DNA of 63,990 nucleotides, counting the filler, from Aduncisulcus paluster (taxonomy: Eukaryota): the NCBI GenBank assembly GCA_024181965.1. It is 9 parts of 9 records of this genome, joined end to end, with 100 filler letters (N's around TTAATTAATTAA, not from the genome) between each part and the next. Parts side by side here need not be neighbours in the genome. Positions count along the whole stretch, not along the records: positions 41,219 to 51,372 come from BQXS01000046.1; positions 51,473 to 56,983 come from BQXS01000048.1; 7 more parts are not named here. One strand, written 5' to 3'. A program made the position numbers and the translations under genes. This document shows, piece after piece, positions 42,550 to 52,787 of the stretch. Under the pieces are notes generated by a model. It had not been told where the DNA came from. It worked only from the letters and a program-made list of their open reading frames with translations, and ran no database searches. The stretch's first letter is position 1. The number at the start of each line of letters is the position of its first letter.

Positions 42550-45213
42550 CTATTTCCCCTTTCCTTCTCCAATAAAATCCTTAGCAGCGAGAGTGAGTGC
42601 ATCAGTCGTATCACAAGCGTTATACACAATTGGCATGCATCGCAAATCTTTGGTTCCCTTGAGAACAGCTTCGATTTGTGAGAATTTAGATCCTAAAGCA
42701 TCGTCCAATGCATCAATACCTACTTCTTCGTCAGATATATGACTTAATTGAAGTGATAGAGATGAATCTGAGAGTGTTCTTGCACGTAGATACCTCTGAT
42801 CAAGACCTTCTTTCGTCTCAGATAGTGTGGAAATACACGATGCCAACTTAAGATCTTGTTCTTGATATGAGTCAAGTACACTCTCTACCGCTTTGTCTTG
42901 CATCATATCAAGGTATCTCCGGGCCTCCGAGAAGGACTTGGAAAGGGATGAGAGGGCTTCCCGACATTGTAAAGTATTCTCCTCTCGCTTTGCATTAGAC
43001 ACCTCAAGGACCTCCATGAGTTCATTGCAGTGCTTCTTAATATCAGTGCTAAGATGGGATATTCTTTCTTCGATGGAAGAGACAGAAGAAGCCGATGGTT
43101 TCATAAGGGAAATAAGCTTAGATTTATCGAACAGAGCCTGCGAAGATCCGTGGGAAGGCCGTCCAATTGTTCTATCAGAACCTGAGACCTTCACGATAAT
43201 TGCATCTGGTCTTTCACTTCTCTTGGGTGCCTTAAATGTAGAATCTGCATCCTTTTTGTGTGAATGTGTTCCATCTTGATTTGGTTTATCCTTACCCTGT
43301 GTTATCTTATCTTCTCTTCTCGATTCCTCTACTTTCTCCTCTTCTTCTTCACTTTCCCATCCATTCTTTCCCCTTTCTCTCCCACATTTCTCCTCAGAAA
43401 TATCATAACTTCTCCCTCCACCAATAATATGCCCTCCCGAGGACTTTCTGTCGTGATCAAATACACATCGCAGACAGCACCTCCGCTTGTGAACATCATC
43501 CCAGAAAAGAGTGGATTTCCCGTGATCAACGCATATCCACCGTTTTAAGTAAAGGAATTGTTCAAGGGGGATCAATGAATGGTTCTGTGGAATGCTTTTG
43601 ACATCATGGGCGATTCTTAACTCACGTTCTTTGAGCTGGACAGCAGCTTTCCCGCGAACTTTCGACTCTGGAAGAGGGAATTGGATTATTGGAGATACTG
43701 GCGTTGACGCTGACTGTAAGAGAGTGAAAACTGATAATGCAGCCACCTTTCCAAATTCATTCTGGGCGAGTCCAATGATATCATTTCCGATCTGTCCGAA
43801 TGGAACTTTGTCAAGCGATTTTTCGCGGAGAAGAGAGAGCACAAATGGAGAAGGGCAGGTGCATGTTGTTGATTCTGATAATGAAACCAAAGGAATACAT
43901 GGAGATTGGAATTGAGGGATAGAATCGGAGAGCATAGTTGGAGTTGGTTCCAATTCACCGCGTTTCTTTGCTTTCTTTTTTTGTTTAGTCAATTGTTCCT
44001 TCTCTTTTTCCACATTAAATCGGAAATCCTCCCTTTGTTTAAGGGTATGTAACAGACGACCCTTCCCTCCCCAACAACATAGAGAACGTTCAGAACAAAA
44101 TAGTTTGAGACATCGCAAACATATCATTGTAGCTGATTTTGAGCAGACAGAGCATCCAAATTCCCATAATGGTTTCTGTCCGAATGGAACTTTGTCAAGC
44201 GATTTTTCGCGGAGAAGAGAGAGCACAAATGGAGAAGGGCAGGTGCATGTTGTTGATTCTGATAATGAAACCAAAGGAATACATGGAGATTGGAATTGAG
44301 GGATAGAATCGGAGAGCATAGTTGGAGTTGGTTCCAATTCACCGCGTTTCTTTGCTTTCTTTTTTTGTTTAGTCAATTGTTCCTTCTCTTTTTCCACATT
44401 AAATCGGAAATCCTCCCTTTGTTTAAGGGTATGTAACAGACGACCCTTCCCTCCCCAACAACATAGAGAACGTTCAGAACAAAATAGTTTGAGACATCGC
44501 AAACATATCATTGTAGCTGATTTTGAGCAGACAGAGCATCCAAATTCCCATAATGGTTGAGATGAGGGTATTTTTGGAAGTGGTTGAGAAAGAAGTTTCG
44601 GATATATTGGCAATGGAGGAATCCTTTTTGATTTGAGGGAAATCAACGGACTATCTTCTGATTTTGACTCCATAGGAGAAAGAGATGACATATTTGAGCC
44701 TGTTGATAGGAGGGATGTAGAATTTTTTGGTGAAATGGAGTCGAATTCAGACTTTACAGTTCCGTCATCACAAGTTAACGTCGCATGTTGGAGAGAAGAG
44801 GAGGATGTACACAACATTGCTCCATCTTTGCGTTTGAGTGACCCATAAACATAAGGAATAGCGGCACAGTTCTCTTTCAAATCAACAAAATGTTTTGAAT
44901 GGCATAAGGTTGTCTTACTACATTTGGGACATGAATAATACGTGTATTTCATTGAATCAGGATTCGTTGATGAATCTGATTCATACGATTTACGATGATA
45001 TTTCGCACATTGTGGGCAAATAGCGCAGCCACACTCCAATATTCTAGTCAATTATGTATTAGGAAAAGCTGAGGTATTTTAAAAAACGATAGATAGGAAA
45101 TGATAAAAAACATACAAACTCCCCAAGTTATCACAAGCAATACACTTTAATGGATGATGTGGGAAGGCCAACCGACCTTCAGTTGTAAATATACTAATAT
45201 GATGCGTATTCAT
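42550..45213 (-). CDS. TRIM-like RING / B-box / coiled-coil protein; exons 45213-45116 and 45043-42550
   Basis: Splicing a 72-nt GTATGT...GACTAG intron completes the RING (CIAC...LECGCAICPQC...CPKC); B-box-like CSVC..CLRC..C and CVDH...CCLRCVFDH; C-terminal coiled coil. Confidence 0.75.
43791..44558. repeat. Exact in-frame 384-bp tandem duplication
   Basis: 43791-44174 equals 44175-44558, with no N gap. Confidence 0.9.
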
Positions 45214-45438
45214 AACCTCTAATTGATACGAATGGATAACATTTAGAACATGGCGAAGTTGAAATGGAAGTGACAAGAGAGGATACTGATATTGATATGA
45301 GACTAAAATAGGAAACCTAAAACAAAATTAAATAACATTTAAACAACAATAATTGTCATTATTCTGATATTTACGAAGAAAACTGATGATGGAATCATTT
45401 TCTTTGTTTTGTCAAGTATAATAACAAAATCAACAAAT

Positions 45439-47073
45439 ATGGGGAGTATTGGAATTCAATCAACCCCAATAAGCACAGATGATCAATTTTCACAAACCCA
45501 AACAGCTGATATTCAATGCCAAACAGATACATCAATTACCAAGACAGAAACCGTTATTATGCTTGAAGACGAAGCGGAACAAACAATATTAGAGTTCTTA
45601 AAAGACGAATCTTTTTTGAAATCACTTGATTTATCATATGAACTAGCTATTGAAGCTACAATGCCCTCTCCAATAGCAATAGCATTAAAGCATACTGACG
45701 GAATGTCATTATATTCACATAAACCAATAAGTAATGTTAATATTCAGCATACATTATATTTTTCAAAGCCTCTAACACGATTAACTCAACCTTCCTCCCC
45801 TATGATCTCTTCTCAACCACTCTCTCCATTCTTGCAACAAAAATATTCAAAATCACCGTTTCCACCGGTTTCAGCCATATCTATTAATATCACATGTTCA
45901 TTACTAGCTGTATCTCATTCTCATCGTCATAGAGATTGGTGCCATCATGAAGATGGATGTGTGCAGGTTTATTCGCTTCTAAACTTGCCTCATTCAGGTT
46001 TTGTTGTTAAAGATATTGGAAAACTTGAGCATACACCCAGGTCATCCTCCAATTTTTCTCCTTCTTCTCTCGTCCCTACTGCTCCATTGTACAATATTAT
46101 AACACATACATGCATTACTACTGTTGCATTCCATCCTTCCTTGCCACATACTCTTGCTATTGGCGATGTTCTTGGCAATGTGATGCTTTACTCTCTTGGT
46201 GGCTCTGTTGGTGTTCGTCAGATCTGTCGGTCCTCTGGATCACCTGTGTCTCACGTCGATTCTGTTACCAGTTTAATGTGGCTCGAGAGTAAGAGATTAA
46301 AGGGTGGGTTTGGACTTGTCAGCAGTGGGCGAGATGGAAAAATACTCTTGTGGGATATCAGAAACGGGTTTAAGATGCCTATTGGCGGTTGTCATCTTGC
46401 TAGAGGCTCAGGAATCGAAGGAACAAGAAGTTGTATGTGTGTGTATGCGTGTGAACCTGTTGTTGGAAAGGGTTCTAGCATTGTACATTCACAATACAGT
46501 AGTTTCACAAGTTCTGATTCTATCTTCCCGATTATCATTAGCACTGAGAATGGGGCTGTTCTGAGGATGAATCTACTCATATCTGAACGAGGAATTGATG
46601 ATGATTCAATGCTCAGTCGGACTGCCTGGCGTGTCTGTTCCCACATAGGAAATACATCCCTCCATACAATGCCAGGATTGATTGGGGGGGAAAAGGGTGG
46701 TGATTACGAGTGTGTTTGTAGTGTAGGGGCCGATTGTTGTCTGCAAGTAACGAATATAAATGATGAGAAACAACCTGTGTCTCTTTTAAGCACTCGTCTC
46801 CCAAGTTCAATGTTATCAGCGACAATATCACACTCTTTCCCAGGTGTTCTCATGTGTGGAAGTGCAAATGGTATGTATCTTATCCCTGTAAAACGTTATC
46901 TTCCTTCCTCTTCTGTTATGTCTGAATCTTTTGAAATGATAAGCTTCAAAGAAAAACTCAAATTCATTCCTTTTCCCGAATTGGGTGCTTGTGTTGAGGT
47001 TAAATGCAATGGTAATACATTTGTATATTGTGGAACTCAAGGATTTACTGTTGGAAGAATTGATTTATTGTAA
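45439..47073 (+). CDS. WDR34: Dynein-2 intermediate chain WDR34/FAP133-like WD40 protein
   Basis: Light-chain-binding QT motifs (SQTQTADIQCQT), HRDWCHH, VAFHPSLPHTLAIG, SHVDSVTSLMW, SSGRDGKILLW. Confidence 0.75.
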   Translation: MGSIGIQSTPISTDDQFSQTQTADIQCQTDTSITKTETVIMLEDEAEQTILEFLKDESFLKSLDLSYELAIEATMPSPIAIALKHTDGMSLYSHKPISNVNIQHTLYFSKPLTRLTQPSSPMISSQPLSPFLQQKYSKSPFPPVSAISINITCSLLAVSHSHRHRDWCHHEDGCVQVYSLLNLPHSGFVVKDIGKLEHTPRSSSNFSPSSLVPTAPLYNIITHTCITTVAFHPSLPHTLAIGDVLGNVMLYSLGGSVGVRQICRSSGSPVSHVDSVTSLMWLESKRLKGGFGLVSSGRDGKILLWDIRNGFKMPIGGCHLARGSGIEGTRSCMCVYACEPVVGKGSSIVHSQYSSFTSSDSIFPIIISTENGAVLRMNLLISERGIDDDSMLSRTAWRVCSHIGNTSLHTMPGLIGGEKGGDYECVCSVGADCCLQVTNINDEKQPVSLLSTRLPSSMLSATISHSFPGVLMCGSANGMYLIPVKRYLPSSSVMSESFEMISFKEKLKFIPFPELGACVEVKCNGNTFVYCGTQGFTVGRIDLL

Positions 47074-47283
47074 AATGGTGACAGAGATTCGTTTTTTATA
47101 ATATCTTTGGGGGCGCTGTGGGAAACATAATTTTAGAAGTAAATAAATTTATTCGTACTCAAAAAACTGTTTATTATCATAAATATGGATTATTTTGAGA
47201 ATTTAATTTCCTAATATGATCACAACCCACATTTTGGCAAAAGATTGCCAACCCACATTTTGAAAGGAATGTCAACATAAAAT

Positions 47284-48072
47284 ATGGATTATTTCGAAAG
47301 AGATGAATTTAAAAAGGCCATGAGTGCCCTATATAAAGCCGCTAATGCGGTTAATGAATCTAAATTGCTTATTCCCGAGCTTCATGCCAAACCTCAAGGA
47401 TCCGATGATGAATTTCGGAAAAAACATAAAGAATTAGCGTCATTTATTCAAATGCAAAGTACTAAATTTCAAGCAGCTCCTTTATCCCCAATTACTCCAG
47501 ACGTTGCAAAATATCTCCCCTCAGCAGACCGATCTTCACCAACAAGATTAGCCGAATACTACCATAGCCATGAAGATAAAAAAAGTGATATTATTTTTGA
47601 TGATAAACAAAAGGAATCAGATGAAGAGAGAGAATCTACTGTTATATCATATGGGGTTTCTCCCTTTTTTAGATCGCATACAACTATTCTAGACAGCGAA
47701 TGGGATGGTATAGTTGACAAAGATGAGACATATTTCAATTGGAAAGATGAAGTTTATGATATTGAAATTGACAGAGATGACGCTTCTGCCATTTTTTCTC
47801 TGTCACAAACAGTTACAACTCAAAAATCAAAAGATAATAATCATACAATTGCTAGTTCTATGAAGACTCCGGAGACAGCACGACATTTTCGGTCCCTCCC
47901 TTCTGGAAATAACAAAATGATATCACCAATATTTCCACACTCTCAAGAAATACCAAAAAAAGAGATGAAGGAACCAGAGAAAGAAATGTTCACGGCTCAT
48001 GTCATACCATACGAGTCATCTGATTTCGGATTGGATGATTTTGGTTTGGATGAACTTCGAATATTCTATTGA
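47284..48072 (+). CDS. Hypothetical protein (262 aa)
   Basis: ORF with AT-rich flanks; no recognised motif. Confidence 0.65.
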   Translation: MDYFERDEFKKAMSALYKAANAVNESKLLIPELHAKPQGSDDEFRKKHKELASFIQMQSTKFQAAPLSPITPDVAKYLPSADRSSPTRLAEYYHSHEDKKSDIIFDDKQKESDEERESTVISYGVSPFFRSHTTILDSEWDGIVDKDETYFNWKDEVYDIEIDRDDASAIFSLSQTVTTQKSKDNNHTIASSMKTPETARHFRSLPSGNNKMISPIFPHSQEIPKKEMKEPEKEMFTAHVIPYESSDFGLDDFGLDELRIFY

Positions 48073-48750
48073 ATACCAACCATAAAGTGGTTCCGGCACC
48101 GTACATTGCCATGTCGAAATAACCTTGGACATGCGAGGGGATTTAGTTTGTGTGAAGGCTTCACAGTGAAGCTGGTGATAAAATTTCAAGCTAAGGGGTC
48201 AATAGGGAATGAATGGAGGCTCTAATTCACTAATTTGGCATTTATTCGGAAATAAACATTGTTTTTAGTGAATATTGATAAAGATATGTATGAATATGTC
48301 GACAAATGTCGAAGTTTGATCTCAGATCTCATAGGCTATGAAACGATTACCTGTTACGTCTATAAATAAATCGATCATTTAAACGATTTCGTGTCAGGAG
48401 TGGACTCACAAGGATGGCATGCAATATATGATAGAAAGAAAAATGATCATATAAATTTATTTATATATTGTATGATATTGCTTCCTGAGGTTGTCATTCG
48501 TGACTTTGTGTTTTCGTCTTCTGCTTTTCCTTCGTTGGAAGCAATACAAGCTTTACTGTATGTCAGTTATTTCATTAAATGTGCATTAAGACATATTTTA
48601 TGAGTACTGTCCGGTTCTGAGAACCAATTTGCTTCTACACTGTAATGGACTCTTGGCTGGAGTACTTTCATCCAGAATCTGGATTCCAGATAACCATACT
48701 GGGATGTCATTCAGTTTATTTCAATCCCATGGATCTGATTATATTGTCCA

Positions 48751-49533
48751 TTACACAATATCGCAATGATCATCGTGGTGAGTTCCATGTTTATGGTGAT
48801 CATGGACTTTCTTATCTGTGGGTTCTATACTTGGGATTAATGTACTGTCCTTTGGGGAATAAACACCAGCAACAATTTTTTTATATCGATCAATTGTATC
48901 TTCTTCCTCGTCTTTTGGGGATTCCGTTGAGAAGCTTTTCCCTTCGACCACCAAGTCAACCTCATTTTTCAGAACATGACACAGAAATTGCATGAAGGAA
49001 TCGAATCCTTCACGTGTTGCAGCTGATAATTCAACGTGTCCAGAGATCACTTGAACTCGTTCTTTTCCAATAGATACAAGTTTTTGAGCCAATTCATGGA
49101 CCATTTTATCTTGAACTGCTCTGGGGGCAATCACACATAAATCTAACTTATTTCCAACTAATACTATCTTTTTAGGGGTGTAAAATCCTGAGGTTGGAGA
49201 TTTTGAATCGACTATAGAATGAATAATACTTTGGGCATTTTTAATGAGATATTTCAGGGAATTGGCATTAACTATAGAAAAAACTAGCACTATAATATCA
49301 CAATTATCAAAGAAGGCCATTGGTGGTGCCGAAACAACTTCTTCAAGGAGAAAAGTATCCAGAACATGAATCACGGCACCACATTCTTTCTTTAAAACAA
49401 CTTCAAAGGTCCTAGATAATGATCCAAAATACTCAGTTTCATCGAAATTTCCACCAATTCGAGATATAATCGAACTCTTACCAACTTGAGATTGACCCCA
49501 AAAAGCAACACGATAACATGGTTTGATATCCAT
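48751..49533 (-). CDS. Atypical Ras-superfamily small GTPase with CaaX-like end
   Basis: G1 GQSQVGKS, G3 DTFLLE, G4 NKLD, G5 ELSA, C-terminal CDIV. Confidence 0.85.
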   Translation of the reverse strand: MDIKPCYRVAFWGQSQVGKSSIISRIGGNFDETEYFGSLSRTFEVVLKKECGAVIHVLDTFLLEEVVSAPPMAFFDNCDIIVLVFSIVNANSLKYLIKNAQSIIHSIVDSKSPTSGFYTPKKIVLVGNKLDLCVIAPRAVQDKMVHELAQKLVSIGKERVQVISGHVELSAATREGFDSFMQFLCHVLKNEVDLVVEGKSFSTESPKDEEEDTIDRYKKIVAGVYSPKDSTLIPSIEPTDKKVHDHHKHGTHHDDHCDIV

Positions 49534-50080
49534 TTTAATCAACAATTAATAATCACAAAAGTCACTTGGTTGAAATTGAACAGTGTAATAATACGGGTGG
49601 GTAATATTTGATTCAAGTTAGAGTGAAGGGGTGATGGAATCAACAGTGAAGACTTTCGCAGATTTGAAGACAAATCACATAATACATGGTAGATTATACC
49701 AAGAAAAGGAAATTAATTTGAAGTTGTCACGGAAAATAATGAACTAAATTTGAATAAGCCAGAAGAGATTGTGGATTACAGGGGCTTTTTAAGAAGGGAG
49801 AGAATGTTGTTGAATACTGGGATTAGATAGAAATACTATGAATATTTTAACTCCATATTATTGAAATCTTGCTCGAAAAAAAGTGAAAATTTTCTTTTGT
49901 TGCCATAGCGGGGAAATGGTTGGGACAGGCGATTAATGAGTAAAAATATATTAATTTCAAATAAAAAATTTATCTATAATATATTTTATATGCATTAATA
50001 AATTATTTTGTCGGAATAGTCTGGAGCCAATTAGATTTGTTCTGAAATCACTTTTTTTGCACGCTTTAGGCACTGGGAAA

Positions 50081-51372
50081 ATGTCTTCATCACCAAAGTA
50101 CACTCCAAAGCAATTGTTAGGTCTTTACAAGGAATATCCTCTTCCTGAAGATATGAAGAAGGTCTTCCATGATGATTTGATGTCCGAAAAGCCCGTCAAA
50201 CCAATGTCTTTCACCGCAATCAATATGTCAGAAGCGATTGTTACACAACCTATAAAAGGAAAAAAGGATAGGAGGGGAGATGAACGCTTTTCAGTACTGT
50301 ATTCTGATCCAAAAAGGATGCGCAGTAGTCAAAAGTATATTCCACAGCATCAGCAACGTGCCAAGCGCGAAGCAAACATTCAATGGGAATATATTGATAC
50401 TTCTGGCAAAATTCAAGGACCTTATAATAATGCTCGTATGGCTGGATGGTTTAAGCGTAGTCTATTCAAGCAATCCCTTCTGGTGAAGCAAGTTCAAGAA
50501 AAGGATTTCTTTCCATTATCATTACGGTTTCCAGGGGTTGTTCCCTTTGCGTTACCCATTCCTCCCCCACCTGAGACTCCTTCTCTTCCCCCTGGCATGG
50601 AAATGGCAGATGCCCTGCATGAGCCCATAGAACATCTTCATTCTTCTTCTCAACAGCTCTCTTCAAGCTCATCTGCTCATCAACTTCCACAGTTCCCAAT
50701 ATCTGGACATCAAGTTGGAGCTTCATTCCCATCGTCAGGTTCTATTCTCCCTCCATTCTCCACATCTGATTCGGCCCACTCGTCTCTCCCGTCGTCCTCA
50801 AATTCGTCCCCTCCAAAGATGTCCTCCGAGTCGGCAGGGTTTGGGACACTATCGCTTCCTCCCCTTCCAGAAGGATGGCCCTCTCCCACCCCTATGCAAA
50901 CGACTACGACTCAAGAACAACCACAAACTCTTGACCATCCAAGCTCACACCAAGCTTCTGAACCTCTTGCTGCCCCTTCTCTTCCTCCTACAACCCAGTC
51001 TCAGCCACAACAGAGTGCTCAGCCACCTCACCCATCAATGCACGGTAGTGTTCCTCAAGGCAGTGGCATGGCAGGTCAGAGTGGATACCCTTCTCTCCCC
51101 CACTTACCCCACTCAGCCCCTTTCCCTTTCCCCATGCTGCCCTCCCTTGACGGACACCCTCCAAACCCTCAGCAACAACATGCTTTCTTCCAACAATACA
51201 TGCACCACATGATGCAATATGGACTCCAACCCATGACTCCGGAACAGATGGCCCAGGTTCAAGCCCCAATGATGCCCATGCCTTCTATGCCCTCTTCTGA
51301 GCAACCTCCGCTTCCCTCTTCGGAACAACATCACGCCCAGCCACCTGAAGAAACTGCCCAGACAACACAGCA
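50081..51372 (+). CDS. GIGYF/Smy2-like GYF-domain protein (3' truncated)
   Basis: WEYIDTSGKIQGPYNNARMAGWF GYF fold; N-terminal YTPKQLL (YxxxxL-phi); P/Q-rich tail. Confidence 0.8.
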
Positions 51373-51472
51373 NNNNNNNNNNNNNNNNNNNNNNNNNNNN
51401 NNNNNNNNNNNNNNNNTTAATTAATTAANNNNNNNNNNNNNNNNNNNNNNNNNNNNNNNNNNNNNNNNNNNN

Positions 51473-52361
51473 GCTTTAACTGCTTCATCGGGGAGGTTTG
51501 GTCGATTTCTACAATCCCGTAGAGTGTCCTCTACTTCTTTTCTCATCGTCGTTTCATGTTGTTTTATCATTTGTGTGATGGCAGTAATGATCTCTCTCGT
51601 CGTTTTCGTTTCTACATCAGGGATTTTCTTCAATATGTCGCGGTATTCGTCAAATTTCATCTTATGTCCAGTGTCTTCAATTGATAGTAGGAATTGGGGC
51701 ATATTGGGGAATGCTTTCATGGGGTCCAGCAGGCACCGGCGTAGACCTCTCATTCGTGCTATCCGCCTATCAACCATTTCAAGGGGAAGGCCGAGACCTC
51801 CACCCTTGGTCGACATCGATATCACGTTCATATGGACTCCTTTGAGCCCAAACATCTCTCCAATCATCTTCATTTGCTTCCACAAAACAACAAACAATAC
51901 AAATCAATAAGATCCTCCTTCCCATCCAGTGATGATATAACATGAATATCACAAGAAATAACATTATCAATATCTATTGGGAACTCTTGCCAGAAATAAT
52001 GATTTGGAGGCATCTCTCCCATTTGGTATTCTTTTGTAATCATCTTTCCATCTGATGTTGTGAATGCGGCATTGAAATCTTTGATTCCATCAGGATAACT
52101 GTGATGACTTACAACAAACTTACTGAGATAATGTGGTGAAATAAATGGGAGATGTAAATTGGGATTGAAATAGATGTCTCCATAACCTCTTAATAATTCC
52201 AATAAATTAGAATGATTATGACCATGATGATAATCCCCATATGCTTTGGATCCATCAATTTCAGATAGATCTGGATGACCAGTAGGGTAGGGGCCTTTTA
52301 ACACTTTGCCACCGTTCCAATAAGATCCAATATCTACAATACATTTGCCAATAATTCTCAT
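51473..52361 (-). CDS. Divergent variable-domain family member (52361-51870), followed out of frame by a helical ORF running off the contig; possibly frameshifted or a pseudogene
   Basis: LHLPFISPH...FTTSDGKMITKEY...FWQEFPIDIDNVISCDI aligns with LSIPFPSPS...FTDSDGKKTSKKY...EWHFLPIDLDNVVLCEI. Confidence 0.6.
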
Positions 52362-52787
52362 CACAAACAATAATAACCCGCAAATATCGAAATTTAATTG
52401 AAATAAAAAAAGACAATAAACACCAGTAACCTCCCCAATTGCAAGGGAAAACACGTTTTTACAATTGTCTTGGAATAGAACAATAATATCCAGAATCGAC
52501 GTTTCTTAATCTCGATCCAAAATCGTTGAATGAGTCATCGGTGTATTTATTTCATGTAAAATAAAGGTAGATTTATTATCATAATGATCATCATGATGAC
52601 AGAAACTGTGAGGCACTTGTGATGCAGCATCAAAGCAAAAATTGTTATGCCATTAGTACCATACAAAGTATGGTTTACTCATTAGTAATGAAATCGGATA
52701 AATTAACTGATACAACTGTTATTACAAAAATTATGTATTACATATCGATAACCTGATCGAAACGGAATTGATAGTCAACAATCATCG

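Noticed and set aside
48073-48750. Relatively GC-rich convergent spacer as an snRNA, snoRNA or RNase P/MRP gene
   Set aside because: No convincing U1, U2, U5, U6, U3 or P4 motifs on either strand; an Infernal/Rfam scan would settle it.
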